Positions 9,655 to 18,591 of a stretch of 64,000 nucleotides of DNA are shown in pieces. The stretch covers positions 416,001 to 480,000 of the forward strand of contig JAHQWK010000001.1 of assembly GCA_029856145.1 (NCBI GenBank), read 5' to 3'. The notes beneath the pieces are model-generated. The model ran no database searches. It was not told where the DNA came from and was given only the letters and a program-made list of their open reading frames with translations. Within the stretch, counting starts at the first letter, position 1. Each line of letters opens with the position of its first letter. This DNA comes from Promethearchaeia archaeon (GTDB lineage: Archaea > Asgardarchaeota > Lokiarchaeia > Sigyniarchaeales > SOKP01). A program made the position numbers and the translations under genes.

Positions 9655-10299
9655 ATGATGGAAAGAAGAGAGCGATACAGAAGACCTCCACGCAGAAGAA
9701 ATTATCGTGGTGGCCCGAGGAAGAAAAAACAATTTATAAAAAAATTTCGGGAAATTATTATCTTAGATCTATTAATGCATGGACACCCCGAAGAAGATAA
9801 ACCTAGTTGGGCCAAGACGCCTATTGCTCAAGTTCTTACTTTTCCGGATTTCGTCCTTTATGAGGTAAAGGTTAATAAAAATTCTAACATTGAAGTTCAA
9901 GAACAAAAAACCTATGAAGAATTCTTAAATGAAGAAAAATTAAGAGAAGTTTTAAAAAAGATAGATTATAATGATTTAACTAGTACTTCAAAAGCATTAA
10001 TCCAATCAATTCTCGAAAAAGAAGTATTGAAATATGAAGAAGAATTTATCAATTTCTTTAATAACTCTACTTCAATTACTCCAAGGATGCATGCTTTAAA
10101 ATTATTACCAGGAATTGGACAAAAACATATGTGGGAGATTATTGAGGCAAGAGAGAGACAAAAATTTGGAGCATTTCAAGATATTGCCGATAGAACCAGT
10201 ATTTCTAATCCTGCTAAATTGCTTGCGCAGAGAATCATAAAAGAACTTCAAAGAGATGTAAAATATTACCTCTTTAGCAAGACTAAAAAATATGAATGA
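9655..10299 (+). CDS. DUF655 family putative RNA-binding protein
   Basis: FINFFN...ITPRMHALKLLPGIG.KhMW.IIE.R, KYYLF; conserved context. Arg-rich N-terminal extension. Confidence 0.9.
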   Translation: MMERRERYRRPPRRRNYRGGPRKKKQFIKKFREIIILDLLMHGHPEEDKPSWAKTPIAQVLTFPDFVLYEVKVNKNSNIEVQEQKTYEEFLNEEKLREVLKKIDYNDLTSTSKALIQSILEKEVLKYEEEFINFFNNSTSITPRMHALKLLPGIGQKHMWEIIEARERQKFGAFQDIADRTSISNPAKLLAQRIIKELQRDVKYYLFSKTKKYE

Positions 10300-11141
10300 A
10301 CCCAATGAATAGGAGAGAAGTAGAACTCATTTTAAAGAATCTGAATATAAAACCTAACAAAAAATTAGGTCAGAATTTTTTAACTGATAAAAATATTACA
10401 AAAAAAATTATATCTGTTTCTGAAATCTCTCAGAATGATATTATTTTAGAAATTGGACCAGGATTAGGAATTATAACACAAGAATTAGTAAATTTAGTAA
10501 AAAAAATATATGCTATTGAAATAGATCACCGTTTATATTCATATTTGAATGATAAATTCTCCACATATGACAATGTGGAAATTATTCATGGAGATATACT
10601 CAAAGTTGAAATCCCTAAGCATAATAAGGTTATTTCTAATATTCCTTATACAATAACAGGGTCAATATTAGATAAGATATTTTTCAGAATAAATTCACCT
10701 GTAGGAATATTAACTATTGAGAAAAGTATTGCTGATCGAATATTTTTATCAGGAGATTATAAAAATTTCTCAAGAATTAGTATCAATGTAAATACTTTCA
10801 TGAAACCTGTTTTAAAATCAAGTATTTCAAGAAATAGCTTTTATCCTATTCCAAAAATCGCATTATCTCTTATAAAACTTATTCCTAGAGATAAAATCAA
10901 TCCTTTCTTCTTAGAAAAGGAACCTATAGACTTTTTTTTAAAATTTATTAGTGGGATAATGCCTTATAAGAATAGAAATATTGCTAATGCCATCGAACTA
11001 TTTTTTAAAACTCAAAAAGATATTCAGTATACAAAAGAAGATATTCTATTGATTTTACAGAAGAATAATTATGAAAATAAAAAAGTATTCAATTTTGAAA
11101 TTGATGATTATACTGAAATTAGCAAATTGTTCTATTCATAA
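10296..11141 (+). CDS. rsmA: 16S rRNA m6,6A dimethyltransferase RsmA/KsgA/Dim1
   Basis: KKLGQNFL, LEIGPGLG, AIEID, SNIPYTIT. Confidence 0.93.
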   Translation: MNPMNRREVELILKNLNIKPNKKLGQNFLTDKNITKKIISVSEISQNDIILEIGPGLGIITQELVNLVKKIYAIEIDHRLYSYLNDKFSTYDNVEIIHGDILKVEIPKHNKVISNIPYTITGSILDKIFFRINSPVGILTIEKSIADRIFLSGDYKNFSRISINVNTFMKPVLKSSISRNSFYPIPKIALSLIKLIPRDKINPFFLEKEPIDFFLKFISGIMPYKNRNIANAIELFFKTQKDIQYTKEDILLILQKNNYENKKVFNFEIDDYTEISKLFYS

Positions 11142-11167
11142 ATATGAATTAATATCGAGTAATAACC

Positions 11168-11851
11168 ATGCCTACATTTACTGATCCAATAATCAACTGT
11201 GATTCTGAAAGTGTTTATGCCCCTTCTGACGATACGTATCTAATGTTAGATTATTTCAAATCTCATATTGATTCTTTATATTTTGATGGAATTAAATTAA
11301 GTGAAATTAAAAAAATACTAGATTTAGGAACTGGAACGGGGATAATTGCTATTTTTTTCCAATTAACCAAGATGGAGAATCTGAATTTTAATCCAGAAAT
11401 ACACGGTTCTGATATTTTAAAAGAAGCAATAAATTGTGCGAAATTAAATGAGAAAGTAAATAATTTCAATTCTGAAATAAAATTCTTACACTCAAATCTA
11501 TTTAAAAATTTTCCCAATTCCTTAAAACATTCCTTTAATATTATTGTATTTAATCCCCCCTACTTACCATCCTCTCAATTGATAAAAGAGGAAGATAAAA
11601 AAGATATTGATTATAGTTGGAACGGAGGAATTAAGGGATATGAAGTTTTAATTAATTTTCTCAAGAGCGCAATTTCTTTTTTAAATTTGAAAAAAGAACA
11701 TTATATTTATTGTATTACTTCCAGTAGAACCAATCTAAACGCACTAAATAAAAAAATCACCAAATTAGGGTATAAGATCGAAATAGTCAAACAAAAACAT
11801 GTATTCTTTGAGCAACTTTACTTAAATAGAATCAAATACAATAAACACTAA
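11168..11851 (+). CDS. HemK2/Mtq2-like protein N5-glutamine methyltransferase
   Basis: VYAPSDDTYL, LDLGTGTG, FNPPYLP, W.GG..G. Confidence 0.88.
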   Translation: MPTFTDPIINCDSESVYAPSDDTYLMLDYFKSHIDSLYFDGIKLSEIKKILDLGTGTGIIAIFFQLTKMENLNFNPEIHGSDILKEAINCAKLNEKVNNFNSEIKFLHSNLFKNFPNSLKHSFNIIVFNPPYLPSSQLIKEEDKKDIDYSWNGGIKGYEVLINFLKSAISFLNLKKEHYIYCITSSRTNLNALNKKITKLGYKIEIVKQKHVFFEQLYLNRIKYNKH

Positions 11852-13128
11852 AATGGTCTTCGATTTCTCCTCTTTTCTAATAAAGAAATACCATGAGTAT
11901 TAAGAGTTCTAGTCAAATTATTGAGCAATATATCCACTTCTGTTGGTTTAAACACAGCTCTCCTATGTGCTTCAATTTGAGGGATTGGTAAACCATAATG
12001 TTCATTCAAACTTGACATTGGTAATAAGATGGAAGTGATTAAATCTGCTTTCTCTGAAGCCTTTTTAAAAGAGTGTTTCTCATCCATGAAAAACTCAATT
12101 CTGCAAGGAGTATCATAATGAACAGTTTTTAGATAAAAGGCATAAAAGGAGAGAGGAAAATAATATGGAATTTCTTTTTTAATTCCTGTATCTCTTATTT
12201 TATCAATTTCTCTTTTACAATTAAAAATGCAAGTTCTCTCAGACTTGTTCATTATTCTATTAAATAAATCTAGATCTGAAAAATATTCCATTACTTTTCG
12301 ATAATCAGCTTTAATGAAATCCGTTAATCTTGAATGACTAGGTTTTAATAATTGGATCGAATCTCTTAATAGATGACATAAAGCAGAAGTTCTTGTATCC
12401 TTAATTGAACCGATTAATAATATCCCTTTTTCTTTACAATTCAAATATAATTTATGATACTCTTTCAATAATCTGTCATACTGCTTAGAAATTTCAGGAT
12501 CTTTGGAAAATACTAAATTTATTGGCATGATAACAATCGATCCATCAATTATTATCATATCGATATCTGAAGACTTTTCAATCATATTATTTAATAGGTT
12601 GATCTCCATGAATGTCATATCAATAGAGACTTTAGCCTCAACCGCTATTTCATCTTTATTAAGTAGATTACCTTGCACTAAATAATTATTAAAACCATTA
12701 AGGTCGGGATAATATACGATATTTGCGATATGGTTTTTTTTAAAATAATATTTTACTGCAATAGCCTTTAAGAATGAGAAATCTACATTCACATATTTCT
12801 TGGTCACAGAGCTACCATCAACACTCACTATATTTAATCCCCTAATATTTGCAGGTTGAACAGTTTTTTTCAAAAATCCTTCTTTTATATAAAATTTAGT
12901 GAAATCTATAAGTTGAGAAAAATCTAAATCATCCATATTTTTAAGAATAATTTTGACAAAGGAATTCTTTAATTCTTCAAGTGCTAAATATTCTTTTGCG
13001 ATTACTTTAAGGTAATTGTGGAGAAGTTGCTCTTTAGTTAATCCTATATTGTTGATAATCTCATTATCGTGAGAAAAATTTTGGAAATTTGAATTTTTTG
13101 AATTAATGAATTTATCCCTAATTGTCAT
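11848..13128 (-). CDS. nurA: NurA family 5'-3' nuclease
   Basis: VSVDGS, IIIDGS, GSIKD, and C-terminal YGLPIPQIEAHRRA match NurA motifs. Start uncertain; ATG 13128 chosen. Confidence 0.8.
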   Translation of the reverse strand: MTIRDKFINSKNSNFQNFSHDNEIINNIGLTKEQLLHNYLKVIAKEYLALEELKNSFVKIILKNMDDLDFSQLIDFTKFYIKEGFLKKTVQPANIRGLNIVSVDGSSVTKKYVNVDFSFLKAIAVKYYFKKNHIANIVYYPDLNGFNNYLVQGNLLNKDEIAVEAKVSIDMTFMEINLLNNMIEKSSDIDMIIIDGSIVIMPINLVFSKDPEISKQYDRLLKEYHKLYLNCKEKGILLIGSIKDTRTSALCHLLRDSIQLLKPSHSRLTDFIKADYRKVMEYFSDLDLFNRIMNKSERTCIFNCKREIDKIRDTGIKKEIPYYFPLSFYAFYLKTVHYDTPCRIEFFMDEKHSFKKASEKADLITSILLPMSSLNEHYGLPIPQIEAHRRAVFKPTEVDILLNNLTRTLNTHGISLLEKRRNRRPF

Positions 13129-13219
13129 TAAAAGTACAAATAATAGAGTTAATAATAATAATAATGAGATCTTTAATTTTTTGATTTTTAAGTTATATTT
13201 CAATATAAAAATATTTGAT

Positions 13220-13864
13220 ATGATGGCTGTCCAGTTGGGAGAAAACTCGTGGATTTTAATCGGAATAATGCTTTTAGAGATATTATTTATTGTTTTGCCT
13301 GCCTTAATCTATGGTAGAGTAAAGAAGCAGTCATTTATAGACGAAATAAAAGACATGGGATTTCAAAAAAATGATGACCTGCTTATAAAAGTAATATCAG
13401 GCTTAGGTTTTGGTATTTTGTTTTTCTTTTTCAGTAATTATATCATTATTTTTTTTCGAGATTTGATTGTCAGAAATTTATTTGGCGCTGAATTTATTGA
13501 GATTGCTCAAGAAGGAGCCATTAGTACAGCTCCTATCCAACCTAACTTTCTTCAATTAATTATTGTAATAGTTTTACAGATAATTATAATCGGACCGTGT
13601 GAAGAAGCTTTTTTCAGAGGATTTCTTATTAAAAAGTTTAATATGAAATTAAAATCAATCTACTCAAGTCTTATTTCATCTACTTTTTTTACTCTATATC
13701 ATGTTCCGCCGTTCTTAGTCCCTATACCTACGATTGTAACTTTTTTTGGATATTATTTTACTTTTGGACTTTTATTATCTTTTATTTTTGTATATTTCAA
13801 TTATTCACTAATTCCATGTTCAGTTGCTCATTCATGTTTTAATATTCTATTAATGGTAATATGA
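13220..13864 (+). CDS. CPBP/Abi family intramembrane glutamic endopeptidase
   Basis: EEAFFRG, FFTLYH and VAHSCFN: all catalytic motifs present. Start moved to ATG 13220. Confidence 0.88.
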   Translation: MMAVQLGENSWILIGIMLLEILFIVLPALIYGRVKKQSFIDEIKDMGFQKNDDLLIKVISGLGFGILFFFFSNYIIIFFRDLIVRNLFGAEFIEIAQEGAISTAPIQPNFLQLIIVIVLQIIIIGPCEEAFFRGFLIKKFNMKLKSIYSSLISSTFFTLYHVPPFLVPIPTIVTFFGYYFTFGLLLSFIFVYFNYSLIPCSVAHSCFNILLMVI

Positions 13865-14029
13865 TTTACGCCTTTTAATGAAATTAATACTTTTAAATTA
13901 AATAAAAATTAATTAATATTAGGTTTATTAATATTATAAATTAAAATTTAACTGCCTTAATACTAAGGTTTAATTCCTCCATTTACCTATCGAATAGAAA
14001 CCCCAAAAATTGCAATAATATTGATTAGA

Positions 14030-14557
14030 TTGACACAATACGATTATACATTTAAGGTATTAATGTTGGGAGATGCATCAGTGGGGAAAACATCTCTTAC
14101 AATAAGATATATTTCGGGGTTTTTCCAGGAAGACTTGAAATTAACAATTGGAGTAGATTTCTATTCCAAAACAACATCTTTCAAAGATAAAAAAGTAAAA
14201 CTACAGATATGGGATTTCGGAGGAGAAGAAAGATTTCGATTCTTGCTCTCCCAGTATTGTAAAGGTGCCAATGGAGCTTTTTTCTTATATGATATTACTA
14301 ATCAAACATCATTAGATCACTTACCTGATTGGACACAGGTAATAAGAGAACATGCGGGGGATATTCCTATAATGTTGATTGGCTCAAAAGTGGATTTGAA
14401 TGAATTTCGAGCAGTCCTTCGCGATGATGGAATATTAGCCGCAAAAAAATACAATCTTGCTTCTTTTGTAGAACTTTCTTCTAAAACAGGAGAAAATGTA
14501 GGAAAGGCTTTCAATGTAATAACAGAAATTCTTTTTGAAAAGTTCTCAAGCGATTAA
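14030..14557 (+). CDS. Rab-like small GTPase
   Basis: G1 GDASVGKT, TIGVDF, KLQIWDFGGEERFR, G4 SKVD, G5 SSK. TTG start at 14030 (or 14021). Confidence 0.92.
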   Translation: MTQYDYTFKVLMLGDASVGKTSLTIRYISGFFQEDLKLTIGVDFYSKTTSFKDKKVKLQIWDFGGEERFRFLLSQYCKGANGAFFLYDITNQTSLDHLPDWTQVIREHAGDIPIMLIGSKVDLNEFRAVLRDDGILAAKKYNLASFVELSSKTGENVGKAFNVITEILFEKFSSD

Positions 14558-14666
14558 TAAAACATTTATTCTTTATTTCTATTTAAATTCTTATTTATTA
14601 AATAATAAACACATGTTTAAAATGGCTAAGTTCATTAAATAAAAATAAAAAAATTAGGTAATACAT

Positions 14667-15200
14667 ATGGGAAACTCTAACGAAGAAGAACCTCCAAGAC
14701 CTAAAGGATTGAATTTAAACACCAAGGCACCATTGATTGATACTATAGATATTTACGAAAATCCTATAAATCTAATCGATCTTCTCAAGACCTATGATGG
14801 AGTTTTGATTGACTTTTTCCGAGGAAATTGGTGAAGCCATTGTAAAAAACACTTGAAGTTGCTGACTGAACATATCTCTGAATTTGAAATTAGAAGTATT
14901 AAATTAATATCTATTGCTAGCGATAGTGTAAGGCTTTTGAGGAAATTTAAAGAAGAAAATAAATTTGATGTTGATATGATTTCTGATAGAGGTGCTAAGA
15001 TAGCGAAACAATACGATGTTTACTGGTTTGCCCCTGGTGGAGGAAAAAACTATAAAATAAAACAAGCTGTACCAAGTAAATTCTTAATCGATAAAAATGG
15101 CAAGATTATTTGGAAATATATAGGAAAAGATAAGACAGATAGACCTTCAATTGAAATGATGACCAGTATAATTGATAAATACATCAAAAATCCCAATTAA
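14667..15200 (+). CDS. Peroxiredoxin-like (AhpC/TSA, thioredoxin fold) selenoprotein, Sec at codon 56
   Basis: ATG 14667 with AGGT upstream. MGNSNEEEPPRPKGLNLNTKAP...VLIDFFRGNW-TGA(14832-14834)-SHCKKHL continues in frame into the 14853 ORF (ISD.GAKIAKQYDV...PSKFLIDKNGKI.W....DRP). UxxC sits at the redox-motif position. Confidence 0.9.
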
Positions 15201-15263
15201 GAATGATTTGAGTGTGAAAAAATGAGACACTCATGGACAACCTCGTGAGGGTTTTGGGATTTT
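15187..15263 (+). promoter_or_regulatory. Eukaryote-like SECIS element
   Basis: AUGA 15203-15206 and GA 15236-15237 core; upper stem UGAGUGU(15209-15)/ACACUCA(15227-33); A-rich apical loop GAAAAAAUGAG; lower stem AAAAUCCCAA(15187-96)/UUGGGAUUUU(15254-63). Directly 3' of the UGA-containing Prx gene. Confidence 0.85.
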
Positions 15264-15287
15264 ATCTCTTTATTTTTTTATACGATA

Positions 15288-15467
15288 CTAATTAAATCTT
15301 ACATATTTAATGTGTTGTTTAATTAAGCTATTGTACCGAAATCCTGTTTCATATTTATAACCACACTTAGAACAATGGTGTTGGGTGCATTCTAAACAGT
15401 TTTCCCGATGTATAATATTATCATTCATAAGATCTCCACACTTTTCACATTTCATACTTGATAACAT
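15288..15467 (-). CDS. 59-aa zinc-finger microprotein (three CxxC)
   Basis: MLSSMKCEKCGDLMNDNIIHRENCLECTQHHCSKCGYKYETGFRYNSLIKQHIKYVRFN*. Below the ORF-track cutoff; CxxCG knuckles. Confidence 0.6.
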   Translation of the reverse strand: MLSSMKCEKCGDLMNDNIIHRENCLECTQHHCSKCGYKYETGFRYNSLIKQHIKYVRFN

Positions 15468-15582
15468 AATTTAAAATTACACTTTAAAACCTATTTAAAA
15501 CAAATAAGTAGGACGATTTAGTAAAAAAATTAGTCAAGACACTATACGTTTAGAATAAAAATATGTTAAAAAAAAAATTATA

Positions 15583-16260
15583 CTATATTTTTTTCCGTAG
15601 TTTCTCTGTATAATTATTTGAATAATTCTTAATTTCAATAGGAAACTTCTCTGGGTTTAAATAATTTTGAACCTTCTGAAATAAGTCATCAAGTGAGGCA
15701 TGAGAACCCTTATCTTTAACCATCCATGCTGTCATTGTATTTAGGTCAGTTTTACCATCCCATTCTATAGTGTGTATCTCCTCTTTACTATGAATGCCTT
15801 TTTTGTATATTGCTTTCACTAGTTTTTCATCAAATAATGTATCACACGAAATCCATTTATCATTTAAATAACATTCAACCCAAGGATGAAATGTTATAAT
15901 ATCTGGAAGGCCATTATAAGCCCCTGTTGCAATAACACCTTTAAGACATTCTTTTTTTAAATGAGCAAGATGATATCTAGCAGGAATTCCTAATGCTCGT
16001 AATAGTGCAATGTGCAAATTAGCTTTAGTTACGCAAAAACCATACCTTTTCTTGAGAGTTTCAGATGCTTTAACAATATAATCCAACATGAAGGGTATTT
16101 CATCTCTTACAAAGTAAAATACTTTTAATGCTTTATCTTTATCCGTTTCACATCCCTTTGTGAGTTCATGTGCCATATCTATTATTGTTTGATGTTCATA
16201 ATCGCAAAAATATGTTGGGTGCAAGTATTTACTCATCTCTTCCATAGATTTTACTACCAT
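15583..16260 (-). CDS. Transglutaminase-like protein
   Basis: YL.PT.FCD..H, GFCVTKA (Cys), ALLRALGIPARY, HPWVE (His), W.SCD (Asp). Confidence 0.9.
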   Translation of the reverse strand: MVVKSMEEMSKYLHPTYFCDYEHQTIIDMAHELTKGCETDKDKALKVFYFVRDEIPFMLDYIVKASETLKKRYGFCVTKANLHIALLRALGIPARYHLAHLKKECLKGVIATGAYNGLPDIITFHPWVECYLNDKWISCDTLFDEKLVKAIYKKGIHSKEEIHTIEWDGKTDLNTMTAWMVKDKGSHASLDDLFQKVQNYLNPEKFPIEIKNYSNNYTEKLRKKI

Positions 16261-16392
16261 TTGAATTTCAACCTTAATTTTTTTTATTTGAATTTAAAAA
16301 TTTCAAATTTCAAATTATTTTCAACATATAAATAATTTATGTCGGATAAAATGCTTCTTAAAATGAAGAAATAAAGAAAATAGTTATACTAT

Positions 16393-16941
16393 TCAGCTCT
16401 TTCTTAATTTAAAAACTAATAAGATAATCAACGCTGATACAAAATAACCTATTGCTGCGAATAAGAAACTGAATTTAATCAGCGCGCATACTGATGCGGT
16501 TAATGGGTTAATAATTGAAATGGAAGTAGGATCGCTAAGCATTATAAGTAGGTTAATATTCTCAATTATATCAAAAATTCCAGTTAGAAAAGGTGTTAAA
16601 GTAAAATAAAGACCAATAGTTTGCATTGTACTCTCTGATCTCCTTAGCACCATTAATATTAATCCAAGAGCTAAAGAAACATATCCAACAATATATAAGA
16701 AATCCCAATATATCGCTAACATTTGTTTATTTATTCCAACAACACCCCATACGGAAAGAATTAATTCTGCTCTTTCAGGAGTCCACGAAAATTCATAATC
16801 TAAAATTCCATAAGTTGGTACTGCAGCTTCAATTGGCATGAAAATTAGCAGATATACAAGAAGAACTATGATTAACCCGCATATTGTTATAATAATTACA
16901 AGTTTCTCTTTAGGAGATTCTTTAAATCTTTCTAAAAACAT
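16393..16941 (-). CDS. Hypothetical membrane protein
   Basis: 4-5 TM segments; motifs DFLYIVGY, DIIEN, KF. Start moved to ATG 16941. Confidence 0.7.
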   Translation of the reverse strand: MFLERFKESPKEKLVIIITICGLIIVLLVYLLIFMPIEAAVPTYGILDYEFSWTPERAELILSVWGVVGINKQMLAIYWDFLYIVGYVSLALGLILMVLRRSESTMQTIGLYFTLTPFLTGIFDIIENINLLIMLSDPTSISIINPLTASVCALIKFSFLFAAIGYFVSALIILLVFKLRKS

Positions 16942-17095
16942 TTTCAATTTATTAAAAATTAATTTGTAAACATAATTTGTCAAACTTTTATTTAAAATTA
17001 AAGAAAAGATTCTACGTTAAATAAAATTAGAAAAAAAAAAATAAAAGGTAGCTAGAAATATTTAAATCGCAAAAATTTAAATCATTATTAATGAT

Positions 17096-17302
17096 TTATA
17101 CTAATCCAATAGCGATTTTCATATCTGCAGCAGTAACTTTCTTTCTACCGGAGTGTTTGGCAATATCAAGCGCGCAACCAGTTAAAGTCTTAGCATATTC
17201 TTCTAAATAATCCATTAATTTGTCAACTGCGGCTCGACTTACGATTTCCGCTCCAGCTTTTTTCATTAGAGCCCGTAATGGACTCCATGCAAATGCAGCC
17301 AT
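17096..17302 (-). CDS. Archaeal histone (HMf-like, tail-less)
   Basis: P..aLMK.AGA..VS..A...L...LEEYA.......A...AKHSGRK.V...D histone fold; GGAGG SD upstream. Confidence 0.93.
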   Translation of the reverse strand: MAAFAWSPLRALMKKAGAEIVSRAAVDKLMDYLEEYAKTLTGCALDIAKHSGRKKVTAADMKIAIGLV

Positions 17303-17401
17303 TTTATTATTCCTCCACTAATATATATTTATTTTTTAATTTTTGAGTTTTTAATACTGATGTATTTAAATTTTAATTAGTATTTCTTATATTTAAATGT
17401 G

Positions 17402-17441
17402 TTGGTTGATCATCATTAATCCGATACATTTGATCAATCAA
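17402..17441. promoter_or_regulatory. Inverted repeat just upstream of the putative histone TATA box
   Basis: TTGGTTGATCA (17402-12) and TGATCAATCAA (17431-41), 10/11 complementary; a TTTAAATATAA TATA-like box lies on the minus strand at ~17388-17398. Confidence 0.4.
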
Positions 17442-18062
17442 ATACGGTCGACAAAAAAAAATGATGAAAAAAACTTATAAATTTTTTAATACTGAATTCA
17501 ATTAATAGGAATGGATCAATTTTTGGTTTCAGATAATACAATTATATGATCTATCTCTTAAACTTTGTTATATTTTGGTGAAATGTATTAGCCAATCTAG
17601 CATATATATTAAAGAAAATAAAAGATTGAATAATAAGTTGTTGAGATATTTTATATTATAACAATTTTGAAACCATAATTATAACTTTTCCAAATTTCAA
17701 ACCTGAAATAAGAATAAGGTAAATGGTGTAATTACATCTTTTCTTGCAATATCCTTTTTTATACAAAAATCTTTAATTAAAATTTTACCCTAAGTAAATT
17801 GGTTATATAGATTCTAGATTTTAAAATATATTCTCCTTTTCCTCGATTGACTTTTTTGTCACTGATAAGTAAAATTGAAAATTTCTAGATTTTTATATTA
17901 TCCCCAATTTGAATTTGCTGAAAAGAAAGCTTTTACTCATAGTTTTACTCATTGAAGAAAACATTTATAAGTAAAACACGTCCCAATACTAAACTTAGAA
18001 TAGGGTCATTTATAGAAAAAAAATAAAGGATTTAAAATCCAAAGTTAGGCAGGAAAAAATAT

Positions 18063-18087
18063 TTCTCCAATATTTTTTATTGGAGAA
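18063..18087. other. 10-bp perfect hairpin flanked by A and T tracts (terminator-like or operator)
   Basis: TTCTCCAATA-TTTTT-TATTGGAGAA followed by a T run, within a 1.3-kb region with no predicted ORF. Confidence 0.45.
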
Positions 18088-18591
18088 TTTTTTTTCTTCT
18101 TCTTTTTAAAAGGTTATTGATTAATATCTTTCTTTTGATTTTAAAGTTAATTTTCTTAGTTCCACCTGAGTAGAAAAGACAAATTACTTAAATGAGAGTT
18201 TCATTAGAAGTTTTTAAATTTTTGAAAATAGTGAGAAACTTATCAAATTTTTTACTTAAATACTTTTCTTGCTAAAGGTGTTTTTAATTAAATTTTTACT
18301 CTCTAAAAATCACATAAGAGTAATTTATAATCAATAACTTATACTGCATTATCATCAATGCGTAAGAATTTAATTTTTTGGTTCATTTTTAGTCTAAATT
18401 TTAACCAAAAGGTTCTTCCATTTTCACTCTCAATGACTTTGATACTGATAGGAGTTAAAGCTATAATAATAACTAAAATGATCCTATATATAAATGCAGA
18501 ATTTGAATTGTTAAGTTAAAATTAATGACAAATTATAACTTTATATTTTTATTATATTAGATAAATTATATGAGAGAAGAGTATTAAAAAA

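Noticed and set aside
9618-9800. 60-aa ORF overlapping the DUF655 5' end
   Set aside because: Alternative-frame shadow of a conserved gene with no recognisable motif.
13106-13219. Apparent 5' overlap of the nurA and CPBP ORFs
   Set aside because: Artefact of longest-ORF starts running through an AT-rich divergent promoter; better starts are 13128 (-) and 13220 (+).
14832-14834. Genome-wide UGA reassignment or a nonsense pseudogene as explanation of the in-frame TGA
   Set aside because: TGA ends several conserved genes at expected positions, and this TGA lies at the redox Cys position with a SECIS downstream.
17690-18175. ORB/mini-ORB-like strings (TTTCAGGTTTGAAA on minus strand, GTTCCACCTGAG)
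   Set aside because: Poor fit to ORB consensus, no G-string, no adjacent orc1/cdc6; not called as an origin.
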